IMG/VR virus record: IMGVR_UViG_3300032212_000701
Location: 1-35,972 of that record
Length of the DNA: 35,972 nucleotides
Origin: a virus
Lineage: Duplodnaviria; Caudoviricetes
Reading direction: 5' to 3' (one strand)
Shown here: piece by piece, positions 25,401 to 33,999 of the stretch
How the letters are laid out: every line of letters begins with the position of its first letter
How positions within the stretch are numbered: the first letter of the stretch is position 1
Made by a program: the position numbers and the translations under genes
Notes under the pieces: model-generated
Databases searched by the model: none
What the model was told of the DNA's origin: nothing
Seen by the model: the letters and a program-made list of their open reading frames with translations, nothing else

Positions 25401-28400
25401 TGAGTGGCGCGGGCTCATTGGCGCACGAGTGGTTTCACGGGCTAGACCATTATTTTGCGCGCATCGATGGCAGTGCGAGTTCTGAAAAGATTTTAGATAG
25501 TAGTGGCAACAAGGTTTTCAAAGGCAATAAAGGGGCGGGCATGGCCAGCCACGGTTTTCTTTATAACTCTAAAGCCAGAGAGGAACTGCGGAAGTCTTAC
25601 AAGCACCTGATAACGACAATGTTCAAAAAGGCCGAGACCTATGTTGAAGATACCAAGCGAGCTGAAAACTTTGTAAGAAGTGCGCGTGATGAATTAAAAC
25701 TTAGGATCAGTGATGTTCGGAGTAATCTCGAACGCCAGCTTGATACCCGGTACTATAAGCGAAAAAATAAACCTGCTACTGAAGAGCAGTTGTCTCGATT
25801 TGATGTGCTGACCGACCAGCTAATTAATGGCGAGAGTGTTGAGCTTGAGTTGCGGCAAAATGAAAATAGCCGGGCTCGGTATGGCTCTTACCGGCAATCA
25901 AATGACGTGCTGGATGAGATGGAGGGTATTTATAAGGCGGTTCGGGGGCGCGCTGGATTCAAAGCCGATAAAAAAGGTGCGTTCGACAGAATACAGTCTC
26001 ATGTTGGGCACTATCAGAACCGCATCAAAACACTAAAAGACGCCGACACAGGTGCGGAGAAGATAAAAAATGTGCCTACTGATTTCTATATGCAGGCAAG
26101 ATCCGCTGACCAGGCAAGGACTAGTGATTATTGGTCTAGTGAGCACGAAATGGCCGCACGCGCTTTTGCTGCGTATGTAGAGGATAGGCTTGCTGCTAAT
26201 GATGCAAAAAATGATTTTCTTGCTTACCACGCCCACGGCGCAGTTATTGTGCCAGTGTATCCAGATGGCTTTTTCCGACCATACCCTGAAGGCAAAGAGC
26301 GTGTTGCGGTAAATAAAGCGTTCGATAAACTATTTACTACGATTGAAAACAAGAAAACGGATAAGGGCATCGCACTTCAAGGCCGCCAACCCACTGAATA
26401 CCACGCCAAACAGGTAGCAACCAAAACCAAGCCCCGCACGGTGCTTGAAATCCGCACTGACTATGCGGATGTGGTGTTGGAATGGGGCAGTAACTCGCCA
26501 AGGGTTAAGGCGGTGCAGTCGGTGAGTGATTTGCCTTCTGTTGGTAATATTAAATACAAACCTACCCTGGCAGGGCTGCATGTGCCGACTGAAAACACGA
26601 TGTATTTAGTCGCTGACAACTTACCGACCAAAAAGGAGGTGTGGCGATTCGTGGCACATGAAGCGGTAGGGCATCACGCAATGGAGCATATGCTTGGACC
26701 TGAGTTGTATAGCCGCACGCTGGACAAAGTGTTGTTGCTGCGCGACAAGGGCGACCCTGTTATTAGTGAGATTGCTGCAGAGGTCGAGGAAACATACTCA
26801 GACTACAGCGAAGAGCAGCAGGCCACGGAGATCATCGCTCGGTTGGCTGAACGGCAGGCATTAAAAAGCAAGTTCGGTGCATTTTTTGACAAGATCGTGC
26901 TCGCTATTCGCAAGTTTCTGCGAAAGCTAAAACTAGGCACCACCTGGAGCCATCGCGATATTGAAGAGATGCTGACCAAGGCTGAGAAGTTTTTGAAAGA
27001 AGAGCCGCTGTCTCATCGGTCTGAGCGGATGACCGCAATTCCAGATGCTTTATTTAATCGTCACATTGGTGATGCATCGGTGGATATTGGTAAAAATGGT
27101 ATCTCGGGCGTCTCGCGCTACCTCGATAAACACCCTGATATTCTCAACGACCTGCCGCACCTGTTTTCAATGGCGACAGTTAAGACCGAAAGTAGTGACC
27201 GCGCCACGCTGGAGAATGGGGGCATTGAGTTTTATGTGGTTAAAAAAGATGGTGAGTGGCACTTAACTGACCTTGAGACGACCAACAAAGAGCGGGCTGT
27301 GGGGCGTGTGAATGAGGGACGCAAGGAGTCTAATGGCGATAGTGAGCGGAATTTTGAATCCATGTCTGATATTGAAGATGCCGTTAAGCAAAACAGAGCA
27401 GCATTAAAAGATCGTTCATGGAAGGATGTTATTAGCTGGCCCAAGAATTATAGGCGCGCAATGACGGGTTGGATGGACGGCGATCAGATCAATGAGTTTT
27501 ATGGTCCGATGTTTTCTGGAATGAAGGGCGGAAATGCGCTTAACACTTACAACGATCTAGCGGGCGATATGAATGCCTATGTGGAAAATACTCTGCATGA
27601 GGCAGCGAATGTTGATGAGGAGTGGGCCAAGCTCAGTAGTAAAGAAGCGACTTTTCTCGATGATGTGATGAGTGACGCAACTTACTACGAAACCCACCCA
27701 GATCAGGGTTTTGTGGAGGGCATCGGTCGGGTTTGGGCGGTGCAAAAGGTGAACAAATTAGAAGGGCAGATTCGCAGTAGACCCGGCGAGGCGCACCTGG
27801 ATAAGCACGACCAAATCAACGCGATAAAAAACGCGGTTAAATTCGAAAAGGTGCGTAGAGATGGCTACGCAACGTTGAAGCATCGTTTCTCACAAATGAA
27901 TGAGCAACAGAAAAAGGTATATAAGCTCACCGAAACGGCCTATGAGAAACAGTGGGATGCGCTGCTGGATGAGCTGGAAGCGAAAGTTAGAGAGTCCGCA
28001 CCAGGGGAAGAAGGTGCAGCCGCAGTTGCAAATGTGCGCACTCAAATGCATAAAAAATTGAAGAAAGGCCCGTACTTTCCGATGTCACGCCACGGTGATT
28101 TTGTGGTAATTGCCACTAACAAGCAGGGTGAGTTTGTACGAGAGCACGCTGAAACTGAACCCGCGCAAAAAAGAATCGCTAGAATGCTGCAGCGTGATGG
28201 CTTCGCCAAAGATGAAATTCGCATGTTCAAGGTACAGAATACACCTATTGAAGAGATGGAAGCGGCACCGGGCATGGCGCGTGAAATTTATAAGTTGGTG
28301 GATAAACACGTCATTAAGAATGAGGCGCTTAAGGATGATATCAATCAATATGTGTTGAGAATGATGCCAGGTATGTCTTTTGCTCGGCATGGTATTCACC

Positions 28401-30211
28401 GCAAGAAAACACTGGGGTTTTCACGTGATCAGCGTCGAGCATTTAATAACACGATGCTGCATGGTGCAAAACATATCAGTCGTGTGAAGTTTGGACACAA
28501 GATGCAGGCACAACTAAGCCGGTTGCGTGATGAGATTAAGAATCACGAAGAAGGGAAGCCTTCATCATTGACCAATGAAACAGGCAATATAGCATCTGAT
28601 GTGGTAAACGAACTGCATGACCGCCATGAAAGGATTATGAATCCAAATAGTCATCCAGTCACAGCACTTGCTGGTAATTTATCATTTGCGTGGTATCTGG
28701 GTATGTCACCAGCGGCGGGGATTGTAAATCTTGCTCAGACACCGATGCTTGCGTATCCGAAATTGGCCGCACGCTATGGCCCGGGAAAAGCAGCCGGCGC
28801 TTTAACGAAGGCACTTGCCGATTATTCTGCCAGCCCATTTAAGGCCAGTGTAAAAGAGAGCTGGAAGAGTTTGAGTCGCAATACCAAAATAACCAGTGAT
28901 GAGCGGGAGATGATCGAAGCGAGGATCAAAGACGGTACGATTGAAGTGACGCAGTCTCACTCGATTGCGTCGCTGGCGGATACTGATATTAGAGGTAGCA
29001 GTTCAGCTGGGGAGATGAGTACGCGGCGGCGACAGATAATGCTGTGGACAGCGTCTTTTTTCCATAATGCAGAGACACTGAACAGAGAGGTGACGACACT
29101 TGCGGCTTACCGATTAGCCAAGGAGAAAGGTGAATCTAATCCTCAAAAGGTGGCAAAAGAGCTTAACAATGCATCACATTTTAATTACGCGTCATATAAT
29201 CGCCCACGCTACATGAAAAATGATTTTGTGAAAGTCGCACTGGTACTAAAGACCTTCTCTCAAAAGATGACTTATACACTGGTGCGTGATGCGTGGCTTT
29301 CTCGACCGAAGGCTCTAGGTAACAAAGCTGAAGCGGAAGTTAAAAAAATTGCACGACGAGAGCTCACGTTAATTTTTGGTATGACATGGTTGATGGCTGG
29401 TGCAAAAGGCCTACCACTTATACCGGGGGCGATATTTGGCATTCTAGATTCCGTTCTAGGTGATGAAGATGACCCGTTTAATTCCGAGGCATGGTTTAGA
29501 ACATGGCTAAGAGGGTTAATTGGTCCTGTTCTGGAAGTGGCCTTTACCAAGGGGCCTGTGAATGCATTTACACCATTCGATACACACTCGCGCTTATCGC
29601 TTAATGAGTTGATTATTCGATCTCCAGATCGCGAGAAAGAGGGGCGTGATACGTCTTTGTATTATTTGGAGCAAGCGGCGGGGCCTATCTTTAGTATTTT
29701 TTCTAATATGGCGCAAGGACTCTCTGATATTTCGAATGGTGAGTATCAGCGTGGTTTCGAGAAAATGACACCCAAATGGATTAAGGATTACTCAAAAGCA
29801 ATGCGCTTTAACAATGAAGGGGTGTTGAGTTATTCGAAAGACCCTATTATTGAGGATACTACACTAGGGGAAGAGATCGGGCAGGCGTTTGGCTTCGCAC
29901 CGTCTCGACTTAATGACCGCTATGACCGACGAAGTGCCGTTAAAAATAAGGAAGCGGCTATAACAAATAGGCGCAGTAAATTTTTTAATCGTGATTACAA
30001 TGCTTGGAAAAAAAGGGACAAAGTGGCGCTTGATGAGGTGCGGAAGGATATCGTTGCGTTCAACAAAAAAAATCCGCGCCATCGAATAAGCCTGGGAAAT
30101 TTGCAAGCTTCACGGCGTGCAAGGAAAAGAGCGGACAGGCAAACTGAGAATGGTATTTATAACAGCAAGAGAAATAAACATTTTAGGGATGAAGTGCAGT
30201 TTGGGCAGTAG
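22481..30211 (+). CDS. Giant polyvalent ejection protein (LPD5-like, zincin/LPD1-like, second zincin-like, PLxRFG-like)
   Basis: 2576 aa: IDDLGEKIGGARKD (~24650), FGFRGVEFGNW, HEWFH (25424), YWSSEHEMAARAF, HEAVGH (26657), PYFPMSRHG (28070). Confidence 0.85.
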   Translation: MKLVPVDHNPFEQKRQPTFTPVEGNPFEQRDNFTLTPVESNPFEAEKRQQEVDTFEGAGGGFLTGLETGARRLKQTLAAGGAALQGALIDDEGVFDTSPVGEWLKGQGQRDREEVQFHQDAIQNTPQHPTIRRMVEAGNAADDWQGALSDFGSEFWQSPDKSGLVINQLGEQLPNFATFALGTKGAGNLLNIGKEGTKRVKTAKAMGALGAGAGVASASATFGPNVSEGLVAGLTYDDAEARAAKKTLAQAVVDGATGAILPLKIGPNQWVNVPAQAVIQMLGGGLGDAAGKVAVGEEVERGDFLAESLLELLGLPVELTQAAITKAASGKQAEPSAQAPPTESVETAQPTPEAPPAAPFINPNVKLTPVDGNPFSQEEIAEGDALLQEQTPKTILEAFEQARPQQQSATPAPVQPVETAPAGVIDRESGEIVPPEQNETIDWKARLNEGGVKEHDRLVPQPQSEQVPVENAEVPKKDTVGGNWIKNPDTGVMEPPSKAQPTQTEETASANSLDISFETDPTADKALLTKDRAELRKHLNGILPKQVTAIKNKEPEQYRAILKSMVRKLFPKGAHFQFRKDGNVVDYDHLLTDKIRENYIHTLPDTLKQQHIKVEFQNGDVRKAYLIKKYFDPEIQKDIWDMIVTHDNEVRTKITRKDKRGRGYVESQILKAGKGAGVQASDPSTTTENKASTTTQNADTGSIIGQGTEDIKGAQDLKKPSTDRIDDLGEKIGGARKDLVVKRGASTKQKNKNSEPAWKRRFPVIESVLMGSTAHGKWQIFDNKTGRVLRGMVFNTEQEAVEMQAVAAVAVNHAVMGDGNGGYTIWRKNSKRRVRVIPETFTSHDDAMAYMASHATELLETKLSFGEEILPTPEVVYRTGEERRKGDIVGQDFMDTFGFRGVEFGNWNNQEERQQVMNHAYDALFDLAEIINVDPLALSLNGDLALAFGARGQGLSGAKAHYEPSHSVINLTKMSGAGSLAHEWFHGLDHYFARIDGSASSEKILDSSGNKVFKGNKGAGMASHGFLYNSKAREELRKSYKHLITTMFKKAETYVEDTKRAENFVRSARDELKLRISDVRSNLERQLDTRYYKRKNKPATEEQLSRFDVLTDQLINGESVELELRQNENSRARYGSYRQSNDVLDEMEGIYKAVRGRAGFKADKKGAFDRIQSHVGHYQNRIKTLKDADTGAEKIKNVPTDFYMQARSADQARTSDYWSSEHEMAARAFAAYVEDRLAANDAKNDFLAYHAHGAVIVPVYPDGFFRPYPEGKERVAVNKAFDKLFTTIENKKTDKGIALQGRQPTEYHAKQVATKTKPRTVLEIRTDYADVVLEWGSNSPRVKAVQSVSDLPSVGNIKYKPTLAGLHVPTENTMYLVADNLPTKKEVWRFVAHEAVGHHAMEHMLGPELYSRTLDKVLLLRDKGDPVISEIAAEVEETYSDYSEEQQATEIIARLAERQALKSKFGAFFDKIVLAIRKFLRKLKLGTTWSHRDIEEMLTKAEKFLKEEPLSHRSERMTAIPDALFNRHIGDASVDIGKNGISGVSRYLDKHPDILNDLPHLFSMATVKTESSDRATLENGGIEFYVVKKDGEWHLTDLETTNKERAVGRVNEGRKESNGDSERNFESMSDIEDAVKQNRAALKDRSWKDVISWPKNYRRAMTGWMDGDQINEFYGPMFSGMKGGNALNTYNDLAGDMNAYVENTLHEAANVDEEWAKLSSKEATFLDDVMSDATYYETHPDQGFVEGIGRVWAVQKVNKLEGQIRSRPGEAHLDKHDQINAIKNAVKFEKVRRDGYATLKHRFSQMNEQQKKVYKLTETAYEKQWDALLDELEAKVRESAPGEEGAAAVANVRTQMHKKLKKGPYFPMSRHGDFVVIATNKQGEFVREHAETEPAQKRIARMLQRDGFAKDEIRMFKVQNTPIEEMEAAPGMAREIYKLVDKHVIKNEALKDDINQYVLRMMPGMSFARHGIHRKKTLGFSRDQRRAFNNTMLHGAKHISRVKFGHKMQAQLSRLRDEIKNHEEGKPSSLTNETGNIASDVVNELHDRHERIMNPNSHPVTALAGNLSFAWYLGMSPAAGIVNLAQTPMLAYPKLAARYGPGKAAGALTKALADYSASPFKASVKESWKSLSRNTKITSDEREMIEARIKDGTIEVTQSHSIASLADTDIRGSSSAGEMSTRRRQIMLWTASFFHNAETLNREVTTLAAYRLAKEKGESNPQKVAKELNNASHFNYASYNRPRYMKNDFVKVALVLKTFSQKMTYTLVRDAWLSRPKALGNKAEAEVKKIARRELTLIFGMTWLMAGAKGLPLIPGAIFGILDSVLGDEDDPFNSEAWFRTWLRGLIGPVLEVAFTKGPVNAFTPFDTHSRLSLNELIIRSPDREKEGRDTSLYYLEQAAGPIFSIFSNMAQGLSDISNGEYQRGFEKMTPKWIKDYSKAMRFNNEGVLSYSKDPIIEDTTLGEEIGQAFGFAPSRLNDRYDRRSAVKNKEAAITNRRSKFFNRDYNAWKKRDKVALDEVRKDIVAFNKKNPRHRISLGNLQASRRARKRADRQTENGIYNSKRNKHFRDEVQFGQ

Positions 30212-30216
30212 GTGGC

Positions 30217-30486
30217 TTACTCATAAAAAAGTAAAGTTAAAGCGCCTGGAAGAACAAAGAGCCATAATGTGACAGCCGTCCCTTGGTATTCTTCAGCCAG
30301 ACTTGAAAAAGGGCTGTTTTTCGAGATGATCAACCACAATCCCGCAAAGAAATAAAAAAACATCCATAAGGGTGGAGGTGGAGATTCATCGGTAATATCG
30401 TATTGGTCGCGCCATACCGAATAAGCGTGTGCGTCAGTGCAGATTGTGAGAGCGAGAACAGGCAGGATGGCAAGAAGTCTTATCAT
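30217..30486 (-). CDS. Small membrane protein, moron (SieA-like position)
   Basis: 89 aa from ATG 30486: signal peptide-like MIRLLAILPVLALTICTDAHA plus two TM segments, antisense to the late operon. Confidence 0.55.
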   Translation of the reverse strand: MIRLLAILPVLALTICTDAHAYSVWRDQYDITDESPPPPLWMFFYFFAGLWLIISKNSPFSSLAEEYQGTAVTLWLFVLPGALTLLFYE

Positions 30487-30577
30487 TTTGTGCTGCCAAG
30501 CTTGCGAAAGAGAAAACGTCCGGTTCTCCATATGTAGCGGAATACGTTGCGCCAGAAATAAATGACGCGCCAGCCGG

Positions 30578-30895
30578 TCATTTATCTTCTTTCTTTGGCT
30601 CGCTTTCGGAATAAAGATCAATTTTATCTTTTAGGTATCGATCCACCGCACGGATATCTTTTTTTGTTATTGCTCCGTGGTCACTTACATATGCAGTCAT
30701 CGCACCAGCCAAGAATGAGCACGCTAAATGCATTTCATGACTTGTAGGGTATGGCATTTCATCATCAACAGTATACTCAAGCCGATCAATTATCTCAGCG
30801 GTTAAGCTGCGTTTGTTATTTTTTGAAGCTGCTTCGAGTGTTTCTCGAAGATCGGGTGGGATTCTTAATCCAAATGGTGCAATAGCTCTACTCAT
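30578..30895 (-). CDS. Arc/Mnt-family ribbon-helix-helix repressor (Mnt-like, 105 aa)
   Basis: FGLRIPPDLRETLEAASKNNKRSLTAEIIDRLE. Confidence 0.88.
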   Translation of the reverse strand: MSRAIAPFGLRIPPDLRETLEAASKNNKRSLTAEIIDRLEYTVDDEMPYPTSHEMHLACSFLAGAMTAYVSDHGAITKKDIRAVDRYLKDKIDLYSESEPKKEDK

Positions 30896-30924
30896 GATGT
30901 ACAACACGGTGCAACAAAAAGCGC

Positions 30925-30968
30925 TTGACTTCAATGGTTACACAAAGCAGTATTACACCGTGTAATAC
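30925..30968 (+). promoter_or_regulatory. Pant-like promoter with overlapping palindromic operator
   Basis: TTGACT-N17-CAGTAT, a perfect 9+1+9 palindrome GTATTACAC-C-GTGTAATAC (30950-30968), and a degenerate copy at 30899-30917. Confidence 0.7.
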
Positions 30969-30984
30969 ATTATAAGAGGGCACG

Positions 30985-31158
30985 ATGAGTGATCGAATTA
31001 AATCAATTGCTCCATTTGGGCTTAGGATTCCACCGGAAATTAGGCGGCGCGTAGAAGTAGCTGCAAAGAAGAAACGATGGAGTATGTCTGAGTGGCTCAG
31101 GGTTGCAGCAGAGGAAAAACTTGAACGTGATTTAAAAGAGGAGGTAAGTAAGCTATGA
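30985..31158 (+). CDS. Arc-like RHH protein, 57 aa (not in ORF track)
   Basis: MSDRIKSIAPFGLRIPPEIRRRVEVAAKKKRWSMSEWLRVAAEEKLERDLKEEVSKL, SD AGAGGG, ATGA-coupled to ant. Confidence 0.85.
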   Translation: MSDRIKSIAPFGLRIPPEIRRRVEVAAKKKRWSMSEWLRVAAEEKLERDLKEEVSKL

Positions 31159-31880
31159 GTAATATATGCCAATTTCCCGTCATCGCAGGAGTGGATATCC
31201 ACACCGATTCTGAAGGGCGATTTAATTTGAATGCGCTACACCGTGCAAGTGGCACAACCAAAACAAAGGCTCCCAATGAATGGCTTCGTACTCAGCAGGC
31301 CAATGATTTGGTAAATGAGTTGAAATCCCAAACCGGGGATTCCCGGTTTGACCCGGTAAAAGTAAAGCGTGGTGGCAATACCCCGGGTACGTTTGCTGAT
31401 GAGCTGTTAGCTATTTCATATGCGGGCTGGATCAACCCCGCCTTTCAATTGAAAGTGAACCGTGTGTTCATTGATTACCGTACTGGGAACCTACAGCCAG
31501 TAATACCTCAATCGCTTCCTGATGCATTGCGACTTGCTGCTGACCTGGCAGAAGAAAATAAATCGATGAAACCCAAGGTGGAGGCGTTTGAGCGTATTGC
31601 TGGCTCTGATGGCAGTATGTGCATCCGTGATGCTGCTAAAGATTTGCAGATGAGGCCAACAGACCTAACCGGGTGGTTAAGTGCTAATAAGTGGATTTAT
31701 AAGCGCACTGGCAAGGCAAATTGGATAGCTTACCAAGAGCGTATTCAATCTGGGCACCTCGAACATAAAGTTCATATTTCCACCAGAGAAGATGGCACAG
31801 AGAAAATCACGGAACAGGTTAGGGTGACACCAAAAGGATTGGCAAAACTGGCAAGCATTACCAGTAAAGCAGCGGCCTAG
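31155..31880 (+). CDS. ant: Phage antirepressor, KilA-N plus ANT (KilA-C) domains
   Basis: GRFNLNALHRASG...P..WLR...YAGWINPAF (KilA-N), IPQSLPDALRLAADL, PKVEAF, QVRVTPKGLAKL (ANT). Confidence 0.9.
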   Translation: MSNICQFPVIAGVDIHTDSEGRFNLNALHRASGTTKTKAPNEWLRTQQANDLVNELKSQTGDSRFDPVKVKRGGNTPGTFADELLAISYAGWINPAFQLKVNRVFIDYRTGNLQPVIPQSLPDALRLAADLAEENKSMKPKVEAFERIAGSDGSMCIRDAAKDLQMRPTDLTGWLSANKWIYKRTGKANWIAYQERIQSGHLEHKVHISTREDGTEKITEQVRVTPKGLAKLASITSKAAA

Positions 31881-31884
31881 AACC

Positions 31885-31957
31885 AAAAAAGCCTCATCGG
31901 TATTACAAGTACCGATGAGGCCGCGTTAACCACTACTTAGCAGAGGCGATTAACATG
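31885..31957 (-). ncRNA. Predicted cis-antisense sRNA (~73 nt) over the RBS/start of ORF 31955
   Basis: Minus-strand TTGCTC-N17-TATAAT (31992-31964) and a minus-strand terminator (12-bp stem 31891-31921 plus U6). Confidence 0.65.
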
Positions 31958-32185
31958 AGAGAGATTATAAGCCCATCTGGGGCTGTGAGCAATATTATCC
32001 CGTTTCCGGTAGTTTCAAAGTGTCGCGTTTCAAATACCGCACTTCCTGATATTGATATGAATCGATTTATGACGATGTGCGAGAAGAACCGGATTACCTC
32101 ATCACTGACAATATCGATGGTGTTGGAATACATCATGAATGAGCGAAGAAAACACCCCGAAGCCACGGTAATGGCTTTGGGCTAG
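31955..32185 (+). CDS. 76-aa hypothetical protein (NIIPFP motif, possible RHH-like C-half)
   Basis: SD AGAGG, followed by a terminator. Confidence 0.6.
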   Translation: MREIISPSGAVSNIIPFPVVSKCRVSNTALPDIDMNRFMTMCEKNRITSSLTISMVLEYIMNERRKHPEATVMALG

Positions 32186-32204
32186 TTACCACCACCCCCA
32201 CACA

Positions 32205-32229
32205 AGACCGCCATCAGGCGGTTTTTTTA
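32205..32229 (+). terminator. Intrinsic terminator before the tail fibre
   Basis: ACCGCC-ATCA-GGCGG followed by T7. Confidence 0.8.
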
Positions 32230-32246
32230 TGTCTGGAGAAAAGTAA

Positions 32247-33854
32247 ATGGCACAACCTGTACCCTATAATCCGGCCAACGATTTTTCGGATGATGAATCC
32301 AATAACGTCGGCGGACGCTCGACGGTTTTAACCGCACAGCTTGATGCTGAATTGGCGAATGCCAGTACCACCATCGGGCAGATACTCGATAATCTCGCCA
32401 TTCTGCAGAGAGATGATGCCAAATTGGCTAATGCCAGCGTTCACCCGGATTCGCTCGATACTGCCACGCTGGCGCTGATGGCATCAACCTTCACGCCCAG
32501 GGGGTTATGGGTAACTGGCACTGATTATGTGGTGGGTAATATGGTTGATCGTGATGGAGTCGGCGCGATATGTGCTGAGGCTCATACGTCAGGCGTGTTT
32601 GCTGATGATAAAGCATCAGGCCTATGGGTTTCCCTTGGTTATTCCCCTGAAGCAGCGCTCGAAGCTGAGGCTTACGCGCTCTCAGCTGAGGCATCTGCAG
32701 TGGCGGCCGCCGGATTTGCCGGTGCAGGTACTGGTGCTTTCGCGATACCGATCACTACGAGTGACAACACCGCCTCCACAGATGAAAATACTGGATCGAT
32801 CACCACTGATGGTGGTGTTGGTGTCGCAGGCGATGTGAATGTTGGCGGTGATATGAATGTCGGCGGTGGTGTGAATGTCGCAGGCGATATTTCTTCGGGT
32901 GGAGTTAGAGTTCTACCGGCATCTTCTACTATTGGCAGCCTACTTACCCAGAAGCGAACAATGTCGCTAATAGTGGCGCCATCAGCTAGTACATGGCGTT
33001 CTATTGCTTGGTCTCCTGAACGGGGTATATACGTAGCTATTGCAGCTTCAGGAACTGACGTAATCATGACCTCGACGGATGGCGATACCTGGACGCCCCG
33101 AGTAGAGCCGGTGCCTGATGGTGCGACAAACCAGTGGATGGAAGTTATATGGGTGCCTTGGCTTGGCCTTTTCGTGGCTATTGCTAATTTTGGCACCAGT
33201 CGCGCGATGACCTCTCCAGATGGTATTACATGGACGCTTCGAGCTACGCCTGCAGGTGTTGGTAATTGGGTGAGTTTAGCGGCGTCATCATCAATGATTG
33301 TAGCAGTCTCAACAGCTGGTGAACGTGTGATGAGCTCTCCAGATGGTATTACATGGACGCTTCGAGTGGCCGCAGAAGAGAACCAGTGGACGAAGGTTAG
33401 GCGGGCGGATGGATTGTCATTATTCGTTGCGGTTGCGCAAACGGGAACCAATCGCGTGATGACATCAGATGATGGTATTACATGGACTGCTAGATCTGCA
33501 GCAGAAGCCAACAACTGGACTTCACTAGCTTGGGCTCCTGACATCGGAAGCGGGAGGTTGGTGGCGGCTGCTAACAGTGGAACCAATCGCGTGATGACAT
33601 CAGATGATGGTATTACATGGACTGCTAGATCTGCGAGCATCACATCACCAATGAATATCATAAGGATTGTTGAGCTAGGTATTTTTCTAATGTTATCACC
33701 TAACACATACTCAGTTTCAGATGATGGTATCGAGTGGACTAATAAAGATGCGCCTGAGGCTAATAATTGCAGTGACTGCGCATGGTCTCAAGAGCTTTTT
33801 AGATTTGTAGTTGTGTCATTTAGCGGTACATCCAGAATAGCGGCCTCATTTTGA
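32247..33854 (+). CDS. Tail fibre / receptor-binding protein with C-terminal BNR-type beta-propeller
   Basis: N-terminal anchor (LDAEL...QRDD.KL), CBM-like W..GT.Y..G..V, hexapeptide V.GD repeats, repeated RVMTS.DGITWT.R blades. Confidence 0.8.
   Translation: MAQPVPYNPANDFSDDESNNVGGRSTVLTAQLDAELANASTTIGQILDNLAILQRDDAKLANASVHPDSLDTATLALMASTFTPRGLWVTGTDYVVGNMVDRDGVGAICAEAHTSGVFADDKASGLWVSLGYSPEAALEAEAYALSAEASAVAAAGFAGAGTGAFAIPITTSDNTASTDENTGSITTDGGVGVAGDVNVGGDMNVGGGVNVAGDISSGGVRVLPASSTIGSLLTQKRTMSLIVAPSASTWRSIAWSPERGIYVAIAASGTDVIMTSTDGDTWTPRVEPVPDGATNQWMEVIWVPWLGLFVAIANFGTSRAMTSPDGITWTLRATPAGVGNWVSLAASSSMIVAVSTAGERVMSSPDGITWTLRVAAEENQWTKVRRADGLSLFVAVAQTGTNRVMTSDDGITWTARSAAEANNWTSLAWAPDIGSGRLVAAANSGTNRVMTSDDGITWTARSASITSPMNIIRIVELGIFLMLSPNTYSVSDDGIEWTNKDAPEANNCSDCAWSQELFRFVVVSFSGTSRIAASF
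33212..33634 (+). repeat. Exact direct repeats within the fibre propeller
   Basis: 32 bp at 33212-33243 = 33335-33366, and 56 bp at 33444-33499 = 33579-33634. Confidence 0.9.
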
Positions 33855-33879
33855 TTGGGGATATTTAAAAGGAGAGAGC

Positions 33880-33999
33880 ATGGGTACCTCAGCAATCACG
33901 GCATTAAACGGAACCGACCTTGCATATATAGATGCAAACAACAACGAGTTGAGAACATACAGGTGCGGGTTCTCATTAGGCTCACCGCATCGCGCATGA
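33880..33999 (+). pseudogene. 39-aa ORF resembling a leftover fibre C-terminal blade
   Basis: SD AAGGAG, MGTSAITALNGTDLAYIDANNNELRTYRCGFSLGSPHRA. Confidence 0.35.

Noticed and set aside
30896-30984. LexA (SOS) box at the antirepressor promoter
   Set aside because: No CTG-N10-CAG match. The palindrome present is better explained as an RHH operator.
33212-33634. DGR template/variable repeat or CRISPR array
   Set aside because: The repeats are exact, in-frame coding blades with no adenine-specific differences or unique spacers, and no reverse transcriptase or cas gene is in the window.
32672-33706. 344-aa antisense ORF with repeats
   Set aside because: Mirror of the tail-fibre repeats.
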